Positions 37,072 to 50,669 of a stretch of DNA of 64,000 nucleotides are shown piece by piece. This stretch comes from Ptychomitrium polyphyllum. Its lineage: Eukaryota. The position numbers and the translations under genes were made by a program. The DNA is taken from assembly GCA_973851085.1 (NCBI GenBank), contig OZ316776.1, forward strand, positions 9,548,001 to 9,612,000. Reading direction: 5' to 3'. Numbering within the stretch: position 1 is the first letter of the stretch; every line of letters starts with the position of its first letter. The notes under the pieces were generated by a model, which saw nothing but the letters and a program-made list of their open reading frames with translations, searched no databases and was not told the DNA's origin.

Positions 37072-40000
37072 GTTTAGCAAGACTACTCTTCAACTTTGTC
37101 AGAGCTAAGGTTTTTTAAAGAAAATAGTGGATTATCCATCTTCTTTAGGATCCCATAGCGTCTTAGAGGTTGCAGATTACCTTTCTCTAAGCTGACACTA
37201 TAAAGTTGGTTTTTTTCTAACATCAAATACTACTTCTTTTAAAGAAAGATCAATCCTTAAAAAAATGTAAATTAACTCTTTTGAAGGTATTCATAGTCTT
37301 TTTGTCTTTGATAGTCTTAAGTAATGGATAACGTGCCTAGAACATCAAAGAAAATGTTTGAAACTATTGCAAACTTTCAAGAGTTAATAAACAGAATTTG
37401 AACACAATTTGCTCGCTTCAAGACTACCAATAATTTAGAGCAACACACTCAGCAAGCTGAAGAATCTAGTAATAATATTCAAATTTTATATCAAGAGGTT
37501 GTTGATTACAAGAGGCCAATATTGAAAGATAAGGATTACATTGAAACCATGAAGAGCCAAAGATTAGCATGCTAAATAAAATCAATGGATTAAGATAAAA
37601 GTTGAGAGGCTTTATTCATCAAGTAAGGCTCTTTTTTAGTTTGCATCAATCTTGCTATTCTGATGGCACTATACAAGTAGGATTTGTAACCACTCTTTTG
37701 TCAAATAATGCAGTATCGTGATTTGCACCATTAATGGAGAAGTAATTACCATTATTGAACAACTTAGATGCTTTCATGGAAGCATTGATATCTATTTTTG
37801 GAAACACTGATCGATAGAAAGTAATTGAAACAAGAATCCATGGTTTACAACAAGGATAGCGATGATTACTACGTAAGCTACAGAATTTCAAGAACTAGCT
37901 TACAACCTTGATTGGAATGACAAGGCCTTGGTTCTACCATTCTGATGGGGCTTGAGAGAGAATGTGAAGGACTTGCTACTTATAATAGCAAAGCTTGAAA
38001 CACTGGTTGAATTCATCACTCAAGCAATAACATATTTGAGAGGCGCCAAGAACAACGCTTGGAATGGTGACAGTTATATCAAAGTATGACAACCATTTTT
38101 TCAAAAGTATTGGAAAGTCTACCATAAAGACCAGAATCTATGCAAATTGATGCTGCCTAATTTAGACATTTATTTCAAGAAGAAAAAAAAAGGCATTAAA
38201 CAGGAAACCTATGTTTATATTGTACCAAGTCTAGACATAAAGTGCACAATTGCCAAATCAAAATATCTACTTTTAAGGCTCAAAGCACAATGGTGGAGTT
38301 GAAAAATGAGAGTATTTAGTCACAATAGGAACAATGCGGCTGGACACCTCAAAGAAACAACCATCAAATTAAAGTCTCTTACTACCTCCAACTCCTACCT
38401 CTTGCTTTATATTTCCTATGAAAATTTAATTATTAAATGATGAAATAATTAGTGAAGTTCTTTTAAACACTGGTGCAACAACATACTTCATAGATAAGGA
38501 TTTTGCAACCAAATACCATATAGTGTTTGTGAACAAAAAACATCCCGTAGCTGTTGAAAGTATCAATGGACAATCTCTTGCATCTGATAATATTATTGAA
38601 GAAATTCAATTTTTGGAGGTTATTTTAGTATACCAAGCATCTAAGATTGTCTTCAACATCATTCAACGCTAAACAAATCCTATTGTCTTGGGCCTTCGTT
38701 GGTTTAAATTACATAATCCAAATATTGATTAATGCTCACAGAGTGTGGTCTTAAAGAAAAGACATCAAGGTACAAGAAATCTTGGACCATCATTTATTGG
38801 AGCTAAGACATTTATAAGAGCGATTATCAATGTTAAGATTATAAAGACGATTTTGAAAAGAAGAATGTGGACATAATATCAAAGTATTGGCTTTACAATT
38901 GTGCCATTGAATTACAAGAAGGAGTCCAACCACCTTTTGGACCTATTTATAATCTATTACAAACCAAGTTGATTGCCTTGAGAGAATATATTGATGAAAA
39001 CCTCGGAAAGGACTTCATCCAACATTTTAAATCAACTATTAGATCACCTTTCACATTTATAAAATAGAAAAATGGATCATTACATATGTGTGTGGATTAT
39101 CGAGGTTTCAATAAAGTGACTGAGAATAAGCGCTATCCTTAAATATTAATCTTATAACTCCTACATCAACTTAGCCAAGCAAAGATATTCACCAAGATTG
39201 ATTTTAGGGGAGCCTACAATCTTGTACGCATCAAAGAAGGAGATGAATGGAAGACAGCCTTTCAATCTAGGTATGACCATTTTGAATACAAATATCATGC
39301 CTTTTGGACTTACTAATGCACCATAAATCTTTGGTTGAATTTTAGGCTACATCATCTCCAAAGGAGAAATCCATATGGATGAAAAGAAAAAAAAACACTA
39401 TTATGGAGTGGAGTACGCCAAGATCAATTTAAGATATTCAATTCTTCTTGGAATTTGCAAACCTCTAAAAAATATTCATCAAGGACTATTCCAAGATTGC
39501 GGCACCATTGACACAATTTACAGAGAACCAAAAATTCATTTGGAATGCAAAGGCGGAAAGAATATTTCAAGGTCTTTGGAAGTCATTCACGTCGATTCTA
39601 ATCCTTATTCATCCAAATCCATCAAAACTTTTCTATTTGGAAGCAAATGCCCCAGATTTTGTCCTTGGCTCAATATTCTTTATATAATGAAGACAAGAGA
39701 CTTCATTCTATTGTCTTTTATTCAAAGAAGTTCTCAGTGATAGAGATGAACTATAATATACATGATAAAGAATTACTTGCAATTGTAGTTGCGTTTGAGG
39801 AATGGCGGTACTTGTTGGAAGGAACTCAACATACCATTACAATATACACAGACCACAAGAACTTAGAGTACTTCATGAATACGTGTGTTTTAAATTGCCA
39901 TCAAGCAAGGTCGAGTATGTCGCTTTTCAGATTTGACTTCGTCATTATCTATTGATATGGTAGCTTACAGGTTAAGCCAAATGTTTTATCTCGAACATCT

Positions 40001-43000
40001 TATTTAGCTCTACAACCTAGAAATGATGTTTTGGACAACAAAGGACTATTTTATTAAAGCCACAAAATCTTCAATTGAAAGTAGCGATTATTACCACAAC
40101 ATCCCATCTTGATGAAATTTGGAAGGCTTTGAAGAATGATTTCTTTGTTTCAAATATAAGGAGGCGTTTCAAAGACAAAGGAGATCCTTCAAATAGCAAT
40201 GACGAGTTTGGATTTCAAGATGGCCTACTTTATTATAAAGAACTCTTGTACCTACATCCAGGTCTTATGCGATTGAAGATCCTTCAAGTTCATCATGATT
40301 TTTAAGCACTAGGTCATTTTGGATTCAATAAAACAATGGAGCTGATTGCTATAGACTATTGGTGGCTCCAAATGTGAAAGTACGAGAAGGATTTTGATTG
40401 ATCATGCAATAGTTGTGCTAGGGCCAAAGTACCAAGATACCAATTTCATAGTCTCCTTCATTTGCTTCCAGTGCCGAAGGGTCTATAGTTGTCATTATCA
40501 ATGAATTTTATCACGGACCTTCCAAATTCCGATTTTAAAGATTCTATTTTGGTAGTGATGGATTGATTTAGCAAGATGGCCCGTTTTATTTCATGCAATA
40601 AGATGGTAACGAGAGAAGAAATTGCCAAGTTGTTACTAAATCACGTCTACCGCATACATGGACTACCAAATGATATTGTATCTAATCGAGGGTTGCAATT
40701 CATTTCCAACTTTTGAAGGGCTTTATTCTAGTTGTTGCGCATGAAAATCAACCTTTCTTCAGCATACCATATGAAGACTGATGGTCAAACCGAATGTGTG
40801 AATTAAATTTTGGAGCAGTACTTTGTTGCAACATAAACTACTAGCAAGCCATTTGTATGGACCTTTAACTTTTGGCAGAGTTTGCTTACAACAATACAAT
40901 GCTTTTTTCAATGACTCAAAATCCATTCTTTCTAAACTATAGCCATCATCCTTGAAGAGATCCATTTCAAATCAAGCATGTTGGAAGTTCTACACTAAAA
41001 GATTTAGCAACTCAACTTGCTAAAATCTACCAAGAACTTGCTTTCCAATTACAATAAACTCAAGATCATTACAGACTTATACAAATTGTTATCAGAGGGA
41101 CCATCCAAAGTTCAAGGTTGGAGATAGTGTATGACTCCTATAATAAAACATACAAACGAAAAGACCGTAAAAGAAGCAGGACTATCAAAGGCTCAAACCA
41201 TTTGAAATTAGCAAACAGATAAATTCAGTCAATTGTCGCCTCAAATTACCATCAACTTTGCAAATTCATCCATTTTTCACAAATTATTGTTGGAAACCTA
41301 TAACAAGTCATGTATACCAAAGAGGGTTGTCCCTCCGCCTTCTCTTGTAGAAATCAATGATGCAATGAAGTTTGAAGTCAAAGAGATCTTAGATTCACTC
41401 ATCAAGAATGGACGTGTGGAGTACCTTACACATTGGCAAGGATATGGCATCAATGAACAAACATGGAAACCTTTGATGAACATAATAAATACATGTGAGA
41501 AGGTATGCAAATTTCATCAAAGAAATTTTTAGAAATCAAGTTAATGATGTATTATTAATAGCTGTTAGTCTTACGAAGAAGTTTTTTTTATAGACAAGTA
41601 TAAAAAAGAAGGAGAGATATTCAAACTTCTTATTGTATGCATTATTATTTTCAAGATAGACCATCTTCAGATCCTGGCTAGTATGTCAAATCTGCATGTC
41701 ATAATGAATATATGTGAAGAGTAGTCAATTGTGCCTTCTTCAATAGCAGCACGGGTTGAACCAACTTAACTTTCTCAACCTTTAGTACTAGGAAATCTAA
41801 GCTAAGATATGAAAGAGACAATCCAACGTCGAGTGTGACCTTGTGCATAAGTATAGACTAGACACCTTCCACATTCTAATCATAATTTAGATGCTCCACT
41901 TCTAGTCATCTTGTTGGAAATTAAAGGAATCACTCATGGCATACTCAAGATTATGTTTGGAAGATGCTTTAAAGAACTTAATCAAGATAAAATCTTGGGC
42001 TAGGACTGGTCAACAACAGAAGACTTGATTGGTGCTCATTGGCGCTTCTTGCAAAGACTAGTTGAACTAGTGGACAAAGAACAACAAGCAAAATATGTTT
42101 TTGTTCTTTTTTGATAAATTTCGGAATTTGTGAAGACGTGACGAGCAAGCCACAAGAAGATCTCTTCATAAGATTTGTCGCTGTTGTGATAAAAGAGCCT
42201 TCTATTGAGAAAGGTCTAGGCCTTTGACTGCCATTAATCACTCAACAAGTTGATAAGATGATATTTATCTAGTTATTTAAGTGAAAGAATTCTTTGATCA
42301 TGCTTTTTAAGCTTTATAAGATCACAATGAAAACCCAATCCATAACTACATACTGTCATTATAAACCCGCTTACAATTTTGCTCACATTTTTTATTATAA
42401 GAGTTTGATGAACTTGATATTTTGATTCCATATTTTTAAGGCATCTATAAAATTATGGTAAAAATTTCATAACCATAGCTATTATAAGCATTGAGAACCA
42501 TGCTTTCAAATTTCTCACTGTCCACTGCCACAGCTTGTGGACTCCCTCTATTTTACTACTTCATAACTTCCTTTTTATTACAAATCTAGATATGAAAATT
42601 TATATACACATTATTAATCTTACAATAAACACCTCATCAAAATATCAACCTCAGAAATTCCTTCAATCCTCTCTTATGGTTCAAAATGTACAATCCCAAC
42701 TCTGTTATATATAGCTCTCAAAGGTCCCACTACAATTATTCTTATATTTACCATTATACAAGCCTTCTTTTTCTTCAAATTTTGACAATATCATTTTAAA
42801 GGAGTTAAAATACTACCTTCCAAACTTCATTATCGAATTCTAAATACACAAAAAGTTATATGTATCCAAAGTAGTTGCTTCCTGAAACTCAAGGCAACTG
42901 ATCCAACTTTGCTCAAATTAGAGCCACCGTCACACACTAACTCCAAATGGAGTGTGTAATAACGCCTTGGAGAGCTAACAAAGAAAAAAAAAAAACCTAA

Positions 43001-43761
43001 CAAAAATCAACTCAAACAAAGATGTATTCTATTAGCTATGGTCGAAGGAAGGGCTGCCTTAAGTAACAAGTGGGAGAGGCCAAGAGAGAAGAAGAAAGTG
43101 GTGGTCAAACAACTTCATCTACTCCTCATCTTTGCACTTCAGCCCTTATTTCTCTATATAAAGCCCTTAACTCTCCATATCATCATTAAAACCAATCCTA
43201 AATCCATTAGTAATCTTTTCTTTTTCTTTTCTTTCTTTTCTTTCTTTATGGTTGAAATTTTTAGTTTCAAACTACAAAGAAAGACTTAACCAATCCTCAC
43301 AAGTCTAAATTAGGAAACCAAAATTAAAATAAAAGAAAGAAAATAAGAAAAAGATTGAAATTTAATGAATTTTACAAAATCATTGTTGAAGCAGAATCAA
43401 ATACCAAGCTACGAACTTGGTTGACTAGATTAATTCCACGTATAGAACCGGTCTAAGTTTGATTCTTGTTGGATTGGTGACTAGAATGGCGGCACTTGGT
43501 TTAATACTGCTAGTAGAAACAGCAGGCAGGAAAATAACACAGTCAACCGGTGCCTTCACCCTAAGCTAAGACAAGATGCATTTCTACCTCCAAGACACTC
43601 AAAATCATAGTTTCACCACAATCATTTTCACCTAACTTTTCTTTTTATCCTATTACTCTTTTCTAAAACACAATAAATCAAAATCTATATAATAATATAT
43701 ATTAGCTAAGTTTTAAGCCATATAACTATTTACAACACAACATTGCTAAAATAGGAGATGA

Positions 43762-44302
43762 TGTTACGGACATAGATCATGCAATATAATCTTTAGAGCC
43801 TTCTCAAATTTTTCTTGGTATATTATAATAGCTTCTTAGAATACTTTCAATATCTCCATAGCCATTTCTATGTCCTTAGAAAACTTCATAGGAAAGTTTC
43901 ACCACCTCAAAAAATTTCCTAGAAAAGTTCTACTTCTTTAGAACACTTCCTAAGAAGGTTCTACTACCATACAAAATTTTTAACAAAGATTCTAGTTCCT
44001 TGGAAGCTTTTTAAGAAGGTTCCAATATCTTGGGAAGTTTTTTGGAAAGGTTCCATAGACTTCTAAAACATTCTTAAGCCTTATTGGAAGCTTTTTTAGA
44101 AGTATTTTAAGAGGTACAAGCGTCATAGTATAAATAGGAGGTAAGGCAAGGTATTCCTTAGTCTTGCCATTATAAGTTGTGGATCATAGTGTATTCTGCC
44201 TTGTTCTAGTCCTTATATCAGTTTTTATTAATCATTAGCTCTTTGAAAGCTAATTCTTAGAAAATACTTTGTTTTTGCTTCTTGTTTCTTATACCTGTAA
44301 TA
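43762..44302 (+). repeat. 3' LTR
   Basis: Begins TGTTACGGACATAGATC after the PPT-like AGGAGATGA. Five transitions in the first 47 nt relative to the 5' LTR. Confidence 0.88.
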
Positions 44303-45522
44303 CCTAAGATCAAATATGATATTGTCATGATTTTTGTAGAAATTTCTTCATCTTAGATAAGTATAAAAGTTAGAGATCACATTTAAAACCAATATTATCT
44401 ATGACTTATGTACATTTAAGTATTTGAAATCTATACGCACCGGTGATTCATTAAAAGCACACCTATATTTATGAGCTTACAAAGGAGCCTTCACATGTAA
44501 TAACACAAAAAAAAGAACAACCCCATATCAAGCCTTATCAAGGTTAACTCCTAGGCTCCAACTGAATAAGATTCTGCTAAGATCTTCTTGGTGATTCTTT
44601 TGAAATCTTGCTTATTTCTTTTGCTTTTAAGACCCTTTCAAATTCAACAGAATTTAAGGGAGCAAATTTTCATCTATAAATATAACGATAATTAGCCAAC
44701 TTCTGAAATCGCGCTCAGCAGTTCCTTTCTAGTGACCTGGCAGGCACCAGAAGCGAGAAATCGTTCGAAAGAAGTTGTGGAGCTCGGTTTCTGAACTTCG
44801 AAGCATTCGCAGCCATCGTTGTCGTCGTCGACGGAGCCATGCGGCAACAATTCCTCTCTCCGCGCATACTTCCTTCTAGGATTTCACTTTCGAGGTTTGA
44901 GAAAGCATCTTTCGGCGTCCTTTTTGCTGCGGTGTGGCTACAGGTTCAGATTCTTCTTGAGCTCAGAATTCTCGCCATCGGCAGAGTAGCGGACCACTGA
45001 TGTTACGAAACCTCGGTTCATGTTCTCAGTCGTCATGATGGGATCATGTGAGTACTTTGTTCTGAATGTTTCTTTCCTTTGTGTAGATTGCATGCGGGTG
45101 TGACTGTGAGTGTTTTCCTCTAGATTGACAGTCGTTGGAAGTGTTTGTGTGATTTGCGTTGGATTAGGTTTTCGTGATTCAGGTACAACGTGGTTTCGGT
45201 CCATTGGTTTTTTTGTCTGAATTGATTTCGCGCACTCGATTTTGTTAAGCAATGATGTTTTTGCATGTCTTTAAGGATCGAGATAGAGCCGCCGTTGGAT
45301 TTATTTGCTGCAGGAAGGAGTTTCGTATCCTGATCGATTGATGGCAATCGTTTGTGAGTTGCAGGACTTTGAATGAGAACGTGTACACAGCGCTGAATTC
45401 AGATTTCTCGTGGATTATGTGTTTTCCATGAGCTCTGAGAGTTTGGATGCTGAGGAAGATGAAGTAGGCTGGCCATGCTGCGTTACTGTAAGAATACGTA
45501 GTGGTGTGCAATCGGAAGGAAA

Positions 45523-48500
45523 ATGGCCAGGGTGTACTTGCAGCGATTGGCCAGCACATATATTTTTAGCCAATGTTCTGGATCTCGAGGCTTTTTCAAA
45601 GCGTCGAGAACGTTGCATTCATCCAGTCAGGGGTTATATAGGCCTACAATGAATTGGTTTAGTAACAAGTCTTCTCCGTGGATTTGTGCAATTCCTACAC
45701 AATTTACTTCACTTTTGGAACATAACGAAGGTTGTTCGAATGTTTACACTTCGAGATGTTACAGCATAAAGATGCTCGATGGAAACGAGGAGGCGTCAGT
45801 TCCTAGTACAGCGACGGAATTCAAAAATCCTGTCAAGAAGCCGTTGGACGGGGGTGCAAAGTTCAAGGTTGTTCGAGTAAATGCTGATGGTTCATGGCAT
45901 CATCTTTCTCTGAAGTCCTCTGAGCTTGTGAGTACAGCATCCTTTCATTGTTCGGCTTTCCTCGTTTTCAGACGTTATTTTTGTCATCGTTGGGTAGCTG
46001 CATTATTTGGATAACTGTTTTGGAGCTTGTTATATGGTTCTGGTGCATGGTTACTCATGGAAAGTCAACCTTCTATGGCTTATCGAGGTGCTGAATCTGA
46101 AGGAAGTTTCTTCTTGTATGTTCTAGGAGATACATTCGAGAGACATCGATGTGTTGGCAAGGTCGAAGTCTTTTGTGCCCCAACGGGCTACGATATCTGT
46201 TCGTAATGAAAAGGTACCATTTTTGGATAGTGTTGGTTTCTTCATTTGTTCAGATGTCTTAAGAAAGAGTGGTCCATTTACAGTCGTAACAGTCGTGCTC
46301 AATTTTACCCTCATGCGGAAGAGCTTGATGTTTGACTTGTCATTAACAATTCAGGTGATCGTGCGAATGGAGAATGTGAGAGCACTTGTTTGCAAGAGTC
46401 ATGTCCTACTCTTTGAAGCTCGCCGTCCTCCGTACCTCTCCCAACCATATCTCCTTCCTTTAGAAATCCTTCAAGAGGGCTGGTAGAATGCACTGTATTT
46501 TAGCTCCTCTAATTTTTCATTTCCGTTGCAGGGTTTAAGCCTTTGGGTTTTAGAATTTTGGCATTTTGTTTTTCTAATTTAGTCCATTGCATTCAGGTTT
46601 TCTCCACCCGAAAAAATGTCATGATTATTTGTCGTCTCTGTGTTCTTATGAGTACGGGTGGGTTTATTGTTCCGATAAGAGTTTTAATTAGATGTTTATT
46701 AAATATTACCAGATTTAGTCGTTTGTGCTTGGTATTCTACAGGCCAGTTGAGGAACGGCATATTCTCTTATGATTGTTAATTGTGCATCCCTGCATTATC
46801 TATGATAGGTGCGAGAGCTAATGACCATCATTTGCATCTGATAATGATTTTAGGATAGGTAAAATGGGTGGAGGTACTGGAAATCTAGCGAGCAAGAAAA
46901 GAGCTTCAAATGAAGTGATGGACAGGTACCTATTCGTCACATCATATAGAACCCATCGTTTGCTTCAGTGCCGCACTTCCTTCTATAAAACATTGTAATC
47001 GACTGCTTTGAGTAGGTACCCAACTAATAATATCTGCAATCATACATCTTGAAGGTTATCTCTAAATGATGTAATAGCCAAACATGCAATTCTATTCCCA
47101 CTTTGGTGTCAATAATGGTAAATTTCATGCTCGTATTGACCAGCTAGCAGATTCCAGTTACTTATTAGCTTCCTCGCTTTAGTGTAATCTCATTGTTCGA
47201 AATCATGAAACCGATGATTTCTTGATGTACCTGTATGAAGTTTGAATGGAGTTATTTAATCATAATGTTCCAGGGCACGAGAGTTCTTTGCAATTTTTAT
47301 GGCCGAGCAAGTGAAGAATCCAACAGGATGTTTTTATGAGGTCATGCCGTTCCATTTGAAAATGGTTGAGTGCTTGCTTGAGGAGACGAGCAGCTTTTTC
47401 AATCAAAAAGTTGAAAGGTGATAATCACTCGAGATTCTTCTGTCTTCGGGCCAGCAACATTCTGATAACAACTTCATCCCATATTATCTTCGTGTTATTG
47501 AGACTCGTCTGTGCTAGCAAGAGATTAGGAGCGTGATATCTACCTTGATGCTTGTATCTAGTATCTTTTCTTTCTTGTGAATGTGCTTCTTGTGAATCAA
47601 GCTTGAAGCAGTATTTTCTTTCAGGATCTATAAGTGAACTAGACTGTAAGTGAATACGTTAAACAATTTTTATACACAAGTATTCCGTGAAAAATGTCTC
47701 GATCAGAACTGTACAAACTGTAAGACTAAACAGGAGGATTTGTGCACAAATGCTTATTTGGTTATCTGCAAAGGCTTAAGGTGCTGGTGGAGCGTGTTCT
47801 TGAGGAGCTTACATCAGACGTTAACATGGGAGGGTGCGTTCTTTCTGTTCCTGAATCTTACCGAGCATTCTGCCTGTCCGCTTTTGCAATCCATGATGAA
47901 GCCAAACATGAAATAGCAAACTGTGATGACCACTTGAACCTTCACTGCAATGCAGGCTCCAACGGTTGCTACCACTGAAGAGGGCTCTTACCGAATTGGA
48001 GCATGATATTCACGATGCCCATAATGCTATGGAGCAGGTGAGCTGCTATATACTAGATCTCCTAGCAATTTCTTGGATGTAAAGGTCCTTGAGTATCATC
48101 TAGCAGCTTGACTGCAGTTCTTCCTGGATGGTAATATATTTATTTATCTTCTGACATTCATCATAGCCTAAGTGGGCGAATATGCTTGAAAATTTCAGGT
48201 GTTGAACAGTGATGACAATCTGCAAGCACTTTGTTTTGAAAATAGAACACCGTGGTCAATTGGTTTGAACTCCTTTTACAAAGAGTACATCCTCTTGCCT
48301 TTATATCCTCTGGTGTGGCAGTTGGCTTTTAACACGTAGAGAATGTAGTTCAAAGGTTCTTTTCTCTTATGGAAGGTACTTTACGTTTTAAGTGAATGAT
48401 ATATTTTGAGTTAGTTGACAGTGGTCGGGACCTCTTTATGGTGCTTTCTTTACAATACATGTCTCTACTAACTTTTCTTGTCTGTTGACTTTTTAGAAAT

Positions 48501-50669
48501 AACGAGGAAGCATTGAAGCACAACAATCTACGACAGGCAGCAGCTGACATGCTCTTGACTTATCAGCGAGAGGTATTTACCTAGAGGACCTTTGTGAACA
48601 TTGAGAAACGTGAACCTTTAGAGTGTAAAAGGGTGCCACTATGTAGAAAAGAATGTTCTGACTGTATCTTGTGGTTGAGCAGTTTGATGATGCTGGTGGT
48701 GCTCTTGAGGAGCTACGAAAAGATTTGAATGCAGCTCAGGAGGTAAGTTTAGAAAACCTTAAGAATGTTTTGAAGCAGAGCTAGGTGCACTTATTGCCAA
48801 GTTGCACTGAGACGGTCATTGATGCAGATTTGGGAGTTGGGGTTAGACACAACTCGAAATCGCATCATACGCACAGATCTGATGATGAGCATGGGTACCC
48901 TGTCCGTGAGCATGTATGCACTCATCATACCATTGCTCTTTTTTTTATTTGTGATTTTCTTTTGTTAGTTCTAACAATTACTAGTGACATGTTAGTATGT
49001 TTTTGCTTCATTGTTGTTCGATGTACAAATAATTTGTTGAGGTACATAAGGAAGGGGCCTTGAAAGAAATGTGTCTGTCTAAGAAGTTCGATTTACGAAA
49101 TATTCTGCGTTTAGAGCGAATGATGGTTTGGAAATGTTGCACTATGGTACAATGGATAGTCAGCAGTTTGTGGTCTTATAAAGGAAATCATTCATTGGTG
49201 CACACCTGAACGAACACGTGCCCTTTATTGAATAAGACTTTTTGGAGCATTCCTTGGTATTCACTGGATGTTGAATTGGTCCGTACTGTCGTATCCATGG
49301 ATCATATCATTAATATCTGAAGGTCCTTGATATTAACAGAGCTGCAGCCGTGGGTGCATTTTTCGGCATGAACCTTACGAGGTTAGTCTGAATTCAGGTC
49401 TAAATACTTTGTTGTGTCCAGCAGCACATATAGATCTCATTGGGTCACATAATTAAGTATGCATTATTATCTTGCAGTGGATTGGAAGATCATCCAAGCC
49501 TCTTTTGGTGGGTATCAGGATGTGCTACAGTTACATCTGTATTTGTTGCTGCTGGACTATTTATCTACTTGCGTGTTCGCCCTCAAATTGACGACAAACG
49601 GCGTGCTCAGGTCAATTGTTCAGAGTACTTGTTGACATTGTCGAGATAATGCCAAGTTGGTCTTGACTATTTCCACGGCATCTTGAGTTCTGCAAGACCC
49701 TAAGGCGCGAGTTGATTATATTCATCTCAATTGAGAAGAAGTTTGTTTCTTTTTTGTCACGTCTTACAGGATCTAGCAGGGCTGCAAAATCTCTTACAAC
49801 ATTTAGACGATCTCGATGACATTTTCCAAGTGGTCATCACGGAAGGTTTGACTCTTGAATTCACTTGAACTCACGTGTTTCCAGAATATCCTGTGCAATA
49901 AACAGACCAGCCTTATGACGAATAGTTCGGCTTGTTTGTCGTTCAAGGGAGTAAAGCGATGAAGGAATCTGTAGCACCTTTCTTGTTTCCTTGATGACTC
50001 GTGTATGTTCTCCGTATGGGTCCAGTTGCCCTTCTAATCATATCAACCTATTTTTCTTTCAGTCGCAGGCAAACCTGTCACACAACTCGAGTTTTTGAGA
50101 ATTGTGCGAAAGCATCCTTCTGCCCAGTATATGACTCAGGTTTGATAAGTTGCATCTTGTTTTATTTCCCCCTTTCCGACTTTATCCAATTGTGGAAATG
50201 ACATTGGCTTGAAGGTGTGGGGATCTGTTGCTTAGAATATATTTGACATTCAAATTTCAGGATTATGTTCAACCTGAAGAGAACCGGACTTTGACCCTCT
50301 TACTTGGAGTGCTAAGAAGACGATATGCATTATTAGCCATTCAATTCAGGAGGAGAAAGCGTATATAATCTGCTAACGTTATGGCGCATTGTACTGAACT
50401 GTAATTGATTACCATTCTAGTACACTGCTATATTTCTGACACTGAAATATCTTTGATATCCATGTGCAGAGTGAACTGGACCTAATGTTCCGTCTCTTTG
50501 ATGTTAATCGCAATCGTGTCCTGGAGGTTTGTCTATAACATTCCCTTTAGAAACATACTTGAGCTTTCCATGTCTAGAAAGTATTTTCTTGTTCTTACCA
50601 GTAAGATCTGACCAAAATGCTCTCTACTTGCAGCTCAGGGAGTTCAACCTGCAACATTCTTGGCAATAA
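45523..50669 (+). CDS. MRS2: MRS2/CorA-family magnesium channel with mitochondrial-type presequence and C-terminal EF-hand
   Basis: About 17 exons: 45523-45927, 46127-46213, 46355-46431, 46854-46925, 47274-47417, 47774-47833, 47956-48037, 48199-~48251 (end uncertain), 48497-48572, 48683-48742, 48828-48913, 49340-49381, 49478-49610, 49770-49845, 50063-50139, 50470-50526, 50634-50669. Motifs: IHSRDI, MPFHLKMVECLL, LDTTRNRII, FFGMNL (GMN at 49365-49373), TM2 LFWWVSG. Confidence 0.88.

Larger units (their letters stand above)
36535..44302 (+). mobile_element. Ty3/Gypsy chromovirus LTR retrotransposon, full length but heavily mutated
   Basis: Two ~540-bp LTRs, a purine-rich PPT before the 3' LTR and a decayed TSD (tttaa / cctaa). 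Internal remnants in Gypsy order: gag with zinc knuckle (~37330-38250), protease LNTGAT (~38460), RT ([23 protein letters not shown]), RNase H (IHDKELLAIV, YTDHKNL), integrase (~40300-40950, DGQTE), chromodomain (FEVKEILDS…EYLTHWQGY, 41370-41530). Confidence 0.92.

Noticed and set aside
50261..50360. Possible extra MRS2 exon (TTCAG|GATTATGTT…)
   Set aside because: The flanking exons already join in frame to give the EF-hand pair. This segment would shift the phase and its donor is weak.
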